A stretch of 63,331 bases of DNA, the filler included, from Folioceros fuciformis (lineage: Eukaryota): NCBI GenBank assembly GCA_049999805.1. It is 11 parts of 11 records of this genome, joined end to end, with 100 filler letters (N's around TTAATTAATTAA, not from the genome) between each part and the next. Parts side by side here need not be neighbours in the genome. Positions count along the whole stretch, not along the records: positions 43,923 to 47,249 come from JBNGIO010003707.1; positions 47,350 to 50,475 come from JBNGIO010003708.1; positions 50,576 to 52,760 come from JBNGIO010003709.1; positions 52,861 to 63,331 come from JBNGIO010003711.1; 7 more parts are not named here. One strand, 5' to 3'. Positions within the stretch are counted from its first letter, which is position 1. Each line of letters opens with the position of its first letter. The notes beneath the pieces were generated by a model. That model ran no database searches. It saw only the letters and a list, made by a program, of their open reading frames with translations, and was not told the DNA's origin. Made by a program: the position numbers and the translations under genes. This document shows, in pieces, positions 43,974 through 54,919 of this stretch.

Positions 43974-46947
43974 GTTGCCAAGTTAATCTCCAATTAGGTG
44001 AATAATTATGTCGAGGGATTGTTGCTGAAAATGCACCTCCTCTCCTGTCTGTTCCAACTTTTCTTCCCATAGCCTTTAGCAACGCTCTTGCCTGCTCATG
44101 TTTTTTCTGCAATTGGGAACACCTGATCCAATGTGTATGTTTTACCATACAGTGCCGTCAACTCTCTAAAAACATCCTCCTTGATATCCTCATCCAGATT
44201 GCAAATGTATTTAAAGCACACTTCCATCTCATTGTGCATCCTTGTATCTGTCACCAACTGGCTAGTTTGATTATAAAACATAAGCGTCGTTTCATCAGGT
44301 TTTCTCTTCAAGTTTGCTAACTCTTCTATCTTCATAGCATTAACTGATGGAAATCTCATTTCCAACCGAATGAAAAATTCTTTCACAGGCTTAGCATGCT
44401 TACTAGTTACCACCAAATCCATAAAACTTCTCAGATAAAATTTGTAAGCATCTCCACACAACAAGTTCCCTAACAAAGTAAATTCATATATAGGATCTAA
44501 TTCCATGTCCTCACCTCCACACTCCTGCAACTTAATCATATAAAACATGCGCATTAACTGATTAATAGACACTGGTGACTTGGGGTGCCCTGAGTACTTC
44601 TCACTTTTCACAGGTAATACCACTCCACCTCTGCCCTTCCTTTCCAACCCAAAAGTTTTCTCAATTGACAAGCTCAACATTTCTGGTCTTCTCATTAGCT
44701 TCCCTACGTCATTTAATTCTCCTAGCTGCCCTTGCACTTCCATAGGTTCCACAGTCCGATTTTGTACGTCCATCACAAGTTCTTTATCTTTGATCACAAA
44801 CCCTCTTTCCTTGCATAAATGCCTCCACTCCTTGTCAGACAGTTGTAGTCTCCCTTCTCTTGCCTCTACTCCTTCAGATGTTTTATGCCTCTTATTTGTA
44901 TCCCCATCAAGATCTGCATTCCCAACTTCTCCCTCTATCTTTCTACCCAAAATACTCGCGCTATGCGAAATTCCTCCCTCCTCATCCNNNNNNNNNNNNN
45001 NNNNNNNNNNNNNNNNNNNNNNNNNNNNNNNNNNNNNNNNNNNNNNNNNNNNNNNNNNNNNNNNNNNNNNNNNNNNNNNNNNNNNNNCCCTTGACGTTTT
45101 CTCCTTTACCATTCAGTTTTGGCCGCCCAACCTTTTTCTTAAATCTCTTGTCCGAACTTTTATCCTCCATCACTCTTTTCTCAACTCTTCCAACTTTTAC
45201 ATTGTCAGTCCCACTTCCCGACTTAGGCAACACACAAGCCCGCCTTACACTTGCTCGCGTCACTCTAATACCCTTGGACATAGGTCTCCTCATGTTAAAA
45301 GTTCAACACCAATTCAATGAGAATTAACACACTAGAGTCTGATAATTTTGACAGCTAATCAAGTCTTACAATGGTTTGTATCCAAACCAACACGGAAATA
45401 GTGTAGAACATACTAGCTCAAAAATTGGATGCCTTGTAACATTCCACACTAAGTTCTCCTCTCCCTCTTTTCTTTCTAAGCACGCCACTAAACTTTTTAC
45501 ATCTGAAAAATGTCTTCCAAGCACTATCAAGTCATCACAAAATATTTTAAGTTGGCTCTAACTACCCGGTCTGGAACACCCTATTATAAGATGTCGCAAA
45601 CTTTGTTGTCTTCTCTGTTTTTCTTCTTCTTCCTCCTTGTTAGGTTCCTGATCCTTCTTCGAAATTTGATCACTCAACTCCTTTTTCTCTCCTTCTGTTT
45701 CCACATCGTTCTTCTTCAGTCCATGCTTCTCAACCCGTCGAACCTCCCCTGCACAACTTCTACCACTCTTACAGTAATAGTATCTCACCAACTATTTCAA
45801 CCTAGCCACTGGCAAGTTCCACTTAATATTTCCAAGCACTTTTTACACACAAAAAAAACTTTAACCTCGCTTCACTCCTGAGCCGTCTCTATGCCGCAAA
45901 CCCTCCCTCATTGCTGCTTCTTATCGTTTTCACACTAGCATAATCAACTACAGCTTCAGATGCAAACTTTTCTAACTTAAGTCTTTTACACCTTCTCACA
46001 TGAAGATTCCCAGTTACTGCACCTTCACCAACCTTCTATTTGGCGAAGCCTCTTTGATACGTCCTTTCCCTTCCAGCTTGATAGCTTGAACTCCTCCTGG
46101 GCGGATCACGTTCATGATAATCTTCCACTCGCCTAAGTCCCTTTGTGGCTTTTCGCTTGCTTCCAACTCCACCTTTCACCTGCGGCGATTCACTCTTTTT
46201 AAGTGGCTGATACTGCATGGTTATCACTTCATAAGCGCCATCCAATTGTCTGCCCTTGAGTGTACTGAAAATAGAAGTCGCTCCCCCTTCAGACGGTAAC
46301 TTTGTAGAAACAATTTCCTCCATCTGACGCCTCTTCTCCACCTCCCTTGTTTGCAAATCCTTCAACAACATTGCAAGCTTGGCCCTTTCCGCCGTTCGCA
46401 CAGCAATCTCTGCTGTGAGTTCTTCCCCTTCATGCTCTGTCTCCTCTCACAACTGCCGCAACTATTTCCTGGAAAACTTGTGTCTGCAATAGATTCCACT
46501 GAATCCGCTCCAGTGTCTACCTCCCGCACTGTCTCTTCCTCCCACCTTGGACTATGCACCTTCGGTCCCTGCTCTATACTCGGCTTGTCCCCTCTTGGCA
46601 CAAACAATTTCGTAACCATTTTCCGCTCATCCTCTGCTAACTCCTTGCTGTCGCCGCTCCCCTCTTGAGATGAAGAACTGTATTTCAGCAACCGCCTCCT
46701 TCTCTACCTTGGCAGCGTTACTGGTAAAACCTCTTCCTACACCAACTCGACGTCTGGTGCTACAAGAACAACTGCCGGAGAAGAAGACTCCACTGGCAGC
46801 GCTCTCTCTTCCTCCACCACACGTGTTGCTGTGAAACCCTCTGTTGGCAACAGACTACCTTTCTCAACTACTTGTGCTGCCGAAGACACCTTCTCCAATA
46901 GTGTGTCTTTTGCTATTGTTGTTGCAACTGTTGAAGAGCCTCCTAGC
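43974..46947 (-). mobile_element. Ty3/Gypsy 5' region: Gag (44096-about 45300) preceded by a decayed extra upstream reading frame; same family as 47350-52760
   Basis: Gag-like LKRKPDETTLMFY...KYICNL; peptide KAMGRKVGTDRRGGAFS (about 44040-44080) recurs as KTMGRKVGTDRRGGVFS at about 52315-52368. Confidence 0.75.
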
Positions 46948-47249
46948 TGTAGGGTTATTAAAGCCCAATGTGCTTAGTCTAATTAGACTAATGTGATTAG
47001 TCTAATTAAACTAGTGTGATAAGTTTAATTAGACTAATGTAATTAGTCTAAGATAAGTGTTTAATTAAGTATCATTAGCTTAAGCTAATCTTCAGGAAGC
47101 TTCCTACATAGCTTCCTGTGAGCTTCTTGTGAGCTTCTTATGAAGCTTCCTTGGGAGCTTTTCTAGAGGGTATAAATACCCTCTTGAGCTCCCTTTGCAA
47201 TTGAGCTGTGAGAGACACTGTGAGACCTCTCTTTCTCCTCTCCTCTCCT
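46948..47249 (+). repeat. 5' part of an inserted LTR with a TATA box
   Basis: Abrupt switch from coding-like sequence to TGTAGGG..., short internal repeats, TATAAATA at 47171, CT-rich tract. Confidence 0.65.
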
Positions 47250-47349
47250 NNNNNNNNNNNNNNNNNNNNNNNNNNNNNNNNNNNNNNNNNNNNTTAATTA
47301 ATTAANNNNNNNNNNNNNNNNNNNNNNNNNNNNNNNNNNNNNNNNNNNN

Positions 47350-49318
47350 CACCCTATCATAGACCTCACAAGTATACGCCTTCTCAACTACATCCATCAT
47401 TCCCTTCCAATAATAACTATTCATGAGCAAACTCAATGTTCTTTTTGTACCAAAATGTCCTAACTCTACATGAATCTTTTTTGCCAAACCCATTCTTTCT
47501 TCAGGTTTTGGTACCACCCTCATGTTATCCTTAAACAACAACTTATTGTCAACCCATACATATCTCCTACTTCGCTTTGTCACCCTATCATTCTCCTTCA
47601 CCGTCGGCGCTTCCTGATTACCACCCATCATCACCCTCTCTAATGTATTCTTATCCTCCCACACATCTACTGGCACCGAAGAAACTCCCAACTCCACCAA
47701 ATTCACTAGATATGCACTCGGTGTCCATCTGGACACCACCAAATTACAGTCAACCCCAGCATTCTTGGCAAAATCCTGCCTGGCAACCTTTGAGTCCTCT
47801 GAACTTCGTAATGGATTCCATGACAACACATCTGCATTTACATGTTTTACTCCCGCCCTATGCTCAATAGAAAAATTATACTCTTGCAAAATAAGTGCCC
47901 ACCATGCTAACTTTCTTGTCAACTTTGCACTCTTCATCAACCACTTCAAAGGCTGATGATCCGTCACCAAATCAAATTTAGCCCCATACAAATAAGGCCT
48001 AAAATGCGATACTGCCCATACCACCATCAAACATTCCCCGTGATATGAGGAATAATTGCTCTCTGTAGAATTGTTACTCCTACTTGAATATGCTACCACA
48101 TGCTCTACCCCACTCTCATCATCTTGCGCCAGCACTGCTCCCAAACCAAGTTTGCTCCAATCTGTATGTAGCTTAAACTTTCTGTCAAAATTAGGTTTTG
48201 TCAATAAAGGATTGCTCATCAAAATGTCCTTTATCTCCTTAAACGCTCTCTGCTGATCTTCTCCTCAAACCCACACTGCATCTTTCTTTAACAACATTGT
48301 CATTGGTTTTACCACCACACTATGGTTTGCCACAAAATTGTGATAATAATTCACCAATCCTAACAAGGAACGCAAAATTCCCACATCTAAAGGTGGTATC
48401 ATTTTTGCTATCGCTTCAACTTTTACATCAGAGGGTGCCGTACCCCTTAGCACNNNNNNNNNNNNNNNNNNNNNNNNNNNNNNNNNNNNNNNNNNNNNNN
48501 NNNNNNNNNNNNNNNNNNNNNNNNNNNNNNNNNNNNNNNNNNNNNNNNNNNNNTGTTCTTCCACACTGCTACTAAAGATTATTACATCATCTATGTAACA
48601 TCTGGTGAATGACAAACCCCTTAGTGCTTGATCCATCGCTCTCTGAAAAGCACTAGGAGCATTCTTCAATTCAAATGGAATAACCACCCATTCCCACAAA
48701 CATCTATTACCCCAAAAGGCAGTCTTCTTCTTATCTTCCTCTTCAATTTCAATTTGATAAAAAACCACCCCTCAAATCCAATGTTGAAAATATCTTACAT
48801 TCACCAATTGCATCAAAAATTTCCTCTGGAGTTGGCATTGGATATCTATATATAGGGGTCACCTCATTAAGCGGCCTATAGTCACCACGCATCCTCTTTT
48901 TTGTCCAATTACCATGCACATCCTTCTTTGGTGAAAGCACCATAGCTACTGCATACTCTGACTCCGAAGACCTTATCAATCCAGCTTTAAGCAACTCTTG
49001 ACACTTCTTGTCCACAATCGCATTTTCCAATTTACTCAAACAATATGGCCTTCTAAAAACCGGTTCAGAAGTTTTAAGCCGAATCTTAAACTTAAACGTA
49101 TTGTGCCTGCCCAATTCCTTATTAGAAAAAGCAAATGCCTTCCTGCTAACTTCCAAAATCCTTACAAAATCCTCCCTATCCTCCAAATTTATCTCATCAG
49201 AAATATCCCACTGAAAATCCATACATTCCTGTTTCTCACATACATTAACCTCACAGCTTGAGCTAGCCACATTCCTAGCTTTTCTTTCTACATCTACAAC
49301 CTCTGCCCCATATCTCAT
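47350..49318 (-). mobile_element. Ty3/Gypsy pol: RT, RNaseH, start of integrase
   Basis: RM.GDYRPLN, FSTLDL, PF.LKNAPSAFQR, YIDDVIIFS; RNaseH LHTDWS...GAVLAQ, TDHQPL; integrase HVELGHFG; Gypsy order RT-RH-INT. Confidence 0.95.
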
Positions 49319-49499
49319 CTACTTACTTTGCTTACCCTCATCACCTAAGACCTCATCATGCGCCCCCATTCTTTTAGTCTCCCCCTAGCGTTTAGACCTT
49401 CATCTCTTCTTACTTTACCTAGACTATGTCCCTCCAACCTTGTGCTTAAAATAACTTTCCACTTTCTCTTGCACTCCTAATAAACTTTTATAGACATCA

Positions 49500-50420
49500 T
49501 AAGCCATCTGACTGTATTTAAATCCATAGCTTGTCCGAGTTTTTTATTCCTCTGCTCAAATGTTATGCCCTCACTTGAGTAGTATTTGTATCAAAACCCA
49601 TGGGAGTTGGCACATCCCACACCTTCCTCTTTGTATCAAATATCATCCCGGGTCCTTCTCCTTTAAACCCATTGGCGCCTTCAAAACTTACAAATGTCGG
49701 CAACGCCCTCCTGAGCTCCCCCTTTTTATTTACACAATAAAAGGGCTGTCTGTCACCTGCCTACTCACTCGCCCCTCATCTAATATCTGGTCAACTATTA
49801 AATCATCATCCCTACGCCACTGACTCACAAGCATCCTCAACAAATGCCTAGGCATCATGTTACTCCAAAAACAGCGATGCCTATGAGCCCTAGATCCAAA
49901 CTGCACTGCATCCAAATTTATAGGCTCACCCAAATAATACTTGATCTCCTCAAAATCTCGCCTCAACACCATTCTTCTATCTATTTGTGAATCCACATTC
50001 TCAATTAAAAAACCACATTCTTTCCTCGAATGCTTTTGCACCAAATTCAAAATCCTAATTAGCTCATAAAATAACACCGACCTATAATCCAACAAGCCTT
50101 TCCCTTGCCTGCCATTGAATGCCCTTGACATTCCCAGCCAGCTATTATCAGATCAATTTCTTCCTCCATTCGAAATTGTGCCAATCCAATAAGCCTAACA
50201 TCCTGAGGTCAAGCAGAAAACGCTTGCATCGCAGCTTCAACCTTTAATTGTTAAGGATAATTTTTGCATAATTTAAAGACCCTTGCCTTCGCAATTGCCT
50301 AACAAACTTCATCTGGATCACAATAAATGTAACGTCTGACCACATATCCAGCAACCAACACAGCCTCTAGAGCAGATGCAATCTCAGCAAACAACTCAAC
50401 CACAACCAATCCATACTCAA
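49500..50420 (-). pseudogene. DNMT3-like C5-cytosine DNA methyltransferase domain embedded in Gypsy pol (stops and frameshifts)
   Basis: Motifs in order: I VVELFAEIASALE, II YIYCD, III QDVR, IV IDLIIAGWECQGHSMAG, VI FLIENV, VIII DAVQFGSRAHRHRCFWSN, IX MGFDTNTT, X QRNKKLGQAMDLNTVRWL. Confidence 0.88.
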
Positions 50421-50575
50421 ACGAACTTAATGTCACAAGTTTATTACACACAAGTTCAAGTTTACAAACTGCTTCNNNNNNNNNNNNNNNNNNNNNNNNN
50501 NNNNNNNNNNNNNNNNNNNTTAATTAATTAANNNNNNNNNNNNNNNNNNNNNNNNNNNNNNNNNNNNNNNNNNNN

Positions 50576-52760
50576 AGCAAACAACTCAACCACAACCAAT
50601 CCATACTCAGACGAACTCAATGTCATAAGTTTATTACACATAGGTTCAAGTTTACAAACTGCTTCCTTTGTACAAAGCTTAATTTTATCATCTAGCTAAA
50701 ACTCAATCTGTCGCTTTTCAAGCTCTCTAAAAATTTCAGCTAATGTTGTACCAACATTTTCTTTCATTGCAATTTCTTCCACTCTGTTATGACTATATTC
50801 CTTTAAGCATAACTTATCCATATGACGCTCCACCACAATTTGTCGTCTTCATCTTCTGCCTCCTGTTCATCCCAAGAAGTCGTCATGTTTACCACACACG
50901 CATCTTGCATGTCTTCATGTAATTGCAACTTAAGTGGAATTGTTGCTACTCTCATTCCTTCACCTTGTTGCGACCCTGGACGATAGCAAAACTCCAATGT
51001 CCATAAGTCCACCCCTTCTCCATGCATGAATAAAGCCTTTGTTCCCAAAATAACATCAAAATTTCCAGACTTGATAATCAAACATTTCATATCAATTGCT
51101 GTCTCTTCTTTTGTCCCAGGCTGCAATTTCTCTTTAGTTTCCCCCATCACTGCCTCCAGACCTCCATTGGCCATCCTTATCTTCCATCTTGTCTCCTATA
51201 TATCTTCCTTTCTCAATCCCATAGCATATGCCGTGCTGAAATGGATCAATGTAGGTTGCGCTCCCGAATCTATCAATACCTTTTCAGGCGCAAAACCTTC
51301 TATAAAAAATTCACACCCACCTTTGTCCAGAAATGCAATTCCTGGTCTAACTTTTGTTTTGTCTCCATTATTTTGCATATTACCATTGAGACAGAGCGAA
51401 ACTGTCTTGCTTGGCTTTTCACTTGCATCAGGACACTCTACTGTCACGTCCTGCAAAAGTTCTCGAATTTTTGACTCACTCACTCCTACTTTGATGCCCA
51501 ATTCTAACACACTTCGGATACAACCAATCACATCACTATGAGACACCTGCGTTCTCTTACTCACTTGCTTTTCCAACACCTTCACTGCTCTGCCATCTTC
51601 TCACTAGAATCTTTCATATCCACATCTAATACTTCAAATGATTGCGGGTACTTCCAACCTGACACCGCCGATCTTCCATGGTCTTTATGCTGACCTTCCA
51701 ATCTTGTGTTGTATCTTTTCTGAGCAACCTCTACTTCCAATGCATCTCCCCTATGCACCTCATAAACAAATGCATCCAGCTGAAACTCCTTGTAGGCTTT
51801 CTCCTTCTCACCCAAATCCTTCCTTTTTTCCATTGTCCTAACCTCCTTGATTTTAACTCTGCCATTCTGGCCACCAGTTGCCTTCAACCTATCAATCTCA
51901 GCCTTCAAGTCTACTATATGCAACTCTAACGATTTGTAAGATTTGCTCATCCGACCCAAATTATCTCCACTAGCTCCTCCAAATCTATTTTCTTCAGCCC
52001 TTTGCACCTGTCTCACATTCGTAACACTCTGCTCCTTAAAACCAAACTTTGTGGGCTTGAGAGATGGATACTTCTGCCAACAAACTTTCTCCAAATGTCC
52101 TTTCTTTCCACAATGATTACACCCTACAACCCTCTTAATTGAACACTCCATCATCACATGAGAACCACTCCCACAACACAAGCACTTTATTCCTTTTTCT
52201 GTCTCTACATTCATGACGGGCTTCATGTACCCGTTGTCCACCCTTGACATGTTTGATTGCTGCTGCCAAGTTGGTCTACATTTAGGCAGAAAATTCTATC
52301 GAGGCACTGGCACTGAAAATACACCTCCCCTTCTATCTGTCCCAACCTTTCTTCCCATGGTCTTTAGCNNNNNNNNNNNNNNNNNNNNNNNNNNNNNNNN
52401 NNNNNNNNNNNNNNNNNNNNNNNNNNNNNNNNNNNNNNNNNNNNNNNNNNNNNNNNNNNNNNNNNNNNTCTGACCACCAGCTGCCTTCAACCTATCATTC
52501 TCAGCCTTCAAGTCTGCTATCTGCAACTTTAACGATTTGTAAGATCTACTCATCCGGCCCAAATTATTTGTACTGGCTCCTCCAAATCTATTTCCTTCAG
52601 CTCTCTGCACTTGTCTCACATTCTTAACATTATGCCCCTTAAAACCAAACTTTGTGGGCTTGAGAGATGAATACTTCTGCTAACAAACTTTCTCCAAATG
52701 TCCTTTCTTTCCTCAATGATTACAACCTACATCCCTCTTAATTGAACACTCCATCATCAC
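50576..52760 (-). mobile_element. Ty3/Gypsy Gag C-terminus (two zinc knuckles), aspartic protease and linker running into MTase motif I
   Basis: CLCCGSGSHVMMEC, CNHCGKKGHLEKVC, VLIDSGA, FDVILG; 50576-50665 reads ...YGLVVVELFA; 52469-52760 is a diverged duplicate of about 51867-52160. Confidence 0.88.
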
Positions 52761-53578
52761 NNNNNNNNNNNNNNNNNNNNNNNNNNNNNNNNNNNNNNNN
52801 NNNNTTAATTAATTAANNNNNNNNNNNNNNNNNNNNNNNNNNNNNNNNNNNNNNNNNNNNATGGGTTGCAAAGAAAATATAGTAGGCATAGATGATAGAA
52901 GTTGTAGACTAATTCAAGCTCGGAGCTTCTTTTCTCTTGAAAGCAAAGTAATAAGAAAGCACTAGCACGAAGAAAGAATGATGGGGGTCATAAAATAATG
53001 CAAGCTCGAAGATTCTTCTATATTCTTGAAAGCGGAGCAAGAAGAACAAGTGTTGCTGAGAAGAAAAGGATGAAAGAAATAATTAGACCTAGTAGTTAAT
53101 ACACAACATGATCTATCGATATACTTTTTTTTTTCTTTTTCTAAACCCTAAATTCTTAAAATAGAAGTATGTACTCCTAAACCATGAACTTAAAATATCT
53201 ACATACTGATAATTTTAGAATTGAACCCTAATTTACATGCTAATCAGAAGAACCTAATTACTAAAAAAGTACTAAAAAAGATAGTGTACTAAAAAAGGAA
53301 ATTGGGTTATATTCTAAAAGAAAGTTGTGATTATTGTTCTTGGCTTAAGCGAATATAATAGTTCTAAAATGTACTTTCTGAATGCATGNNNNNNNNNNNN
53401 NNNNNNNNNNNNNNNNNNNNNNNNNNNNNNNNNNNNNNNNNNNNNNNNNNNNNNNNNNNNNNNNNNNNNNNNNNNNNNNNNNNNNNNNGACTTATGAGTT
53501 GTTGAACATCTTAATAACATTCTAGGTGTACATAAAAAGAAAGAAGAAAACAGAAAAACACAAACAAAAATGATGACA

Positions 53579-54919
53579 TCAATTGCCATCAATCTCCACA
53601 TCTTCACGAATGCTAGCCAACCTTATATCTTGTTTCATAAATTGTGGTTTGCTTTCAATATCGTGTGCCATGTTGTCCATGCTTTGCACATATTGTTGCA
53701 TTTTCTTGTCACTGGTGAGATGAGAAAAATCCATAGGAGGTAACAAATCCTGGAAGAAATCTGGCAAAGTTGAAAGGTTTGCACCAAGACTTGACAATGG
53801 TGCCCGGTCTTGCTTCTTTTCACTCTTCTTCTTGAAATGCATATCTCTACGTGAGATGACTTTGGGTGCAATCATTTTTTTGTTATGTGTGCATTGAGAC
53901 AAAAATGCTAGACGCATTGCATCATCTAGGGATTGTGGACGTGAATATGAAAGATCTGCTTGGACTTCTCTTTTCAACCCTTTTATGTATCTCTTGACCT
54001 TCTCATCCTCTATGAGCAATGGTATCCTCATGGAAATCTCCCAAAACTTGCTGTTATATTTTTTGATGGACCTGGTATGTTTCAAGGTAGACAACTCGCT
54101 TCGTGCTTGCTCTGTGTAATTTGGAAGGCACTTCTCCAGCAAGTATATTTTGAAATCTCTCCACGACGTGACTTGTTCCCGTTCACTGTGATCAACTGTG
54201 CTTTCTCGATATCTCCATATTGTAAAAGCTCTTCCTTTCAATTGCATTGATGCACAGCGTATTCTCTGTGCACCATATATCCCAAGCGCATCCAAATATG
54301 TCTCCATTCGATCTATCCATGTATCGAATATCTCAGGATCTCTCTCCCCACCGTAACTTGGAAGTTCAATGTTATCCCATATGTTGGATTGATAATCCTT
54401 GGCTACCTTATTGAGAAAATTGAAATAAGCGTCCGACTCATCCAAGTCTTCACCATCAAGCTCCTCCCCGTCAGGCTCAAAAGTCTCTCCCCTCAAATCT
54501 GGAGTAATCAAATCCCTAGCATCTTCATCCGGGTGCCTATCATGAAAGATTTTATTCAAGCTACGGTAGTGTGACCTCCTCAATGCAACCAAAGCACTCT
54601 TAGCTTTGTTTACGTATTCAGAAGGCATGAAAAAATTCAAAACTGCTTCTGTAAATTGAGCCCAAGTACAAATGGGTTCTCTTTCTCTTCTGGCTGCACA
54701 TATCTTGACATAACGCCACCAAGTATGTGCGTAGTCTGTGAAGTGAAATGAAGCAAATGGAACTCTCTGCCAATCGGGAGTGAGCTTTACTGCAAAAAAT
54801 TGCTCCATTTTGCATAACCAATTTTGCACCACTCTAGGATTTCGCTCGCCATTGTATTTAGGAAGATCGATCTCAATAACGTAGTGTCCCCAGCCTTTGG
54901 TGTTGTATTTGCAAAACAT
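53579..54919 (-). CDS. Intact retrotransposon Gag-derived protein with a duplicated capsid N-terminal domain (446 aa)
   Basis: Two repeats, IDLPKYNGERNPRVVQNWLCKMEQFF...W..F and IELPSYGGERDPEIFDTWIDRMETYL...W..F; MHR-like LKHTRSIKKYNSKF and YIKGLK...PQSLDDAMRLA after the second. Confidence 0.8.
   Translation of the reverse strand: MFCKYNTKGWGHYVIEIDLPKYNGERNPRVVQNWLCKMEQFFAVKLTPDWQRVPFASFHFTDYAHTWWRYVKICAARREREPICTWAQFTEAVLNFFMPSEYVNKAKSALVALRRSHYRSLNKIFHDRHPDEDARDLITPDLRGETFEPDGEELDGEDLDESDAYFNFLNKVAKDYQSNIWDNIELPSYGGERDPEIFDTWIDRMETYLDALGIYGAQRIRCASMQLKGRAFTIWRYRESTVDHSEREQVTSWRDFKIYLLEKCLPNYTEQARSELSTLKHTRSIKKYNSKFWEISMRIPLLIEDEKVKRYIKGLKREVQADLSYSRPQSLDDAMRLAFLSQCTHNKKMIAPKVISRRDMHFKKKSEKKQDRAPLSSLGANLSTLPDFFQDLLPPMDFSHLTSDKKMQQYVQSMDNMAHDIESKPQFMKQDIRLASIREDVEIDGN

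Noticed and set aside
49500-50420. Host DNMT3/DRM gene or bacterial restriction-modification contaminant
   Set aside because: Intronless, collinear with Gypsy protease and RT, motif order not permuted as in DRM, and decayed in step with the retroelement
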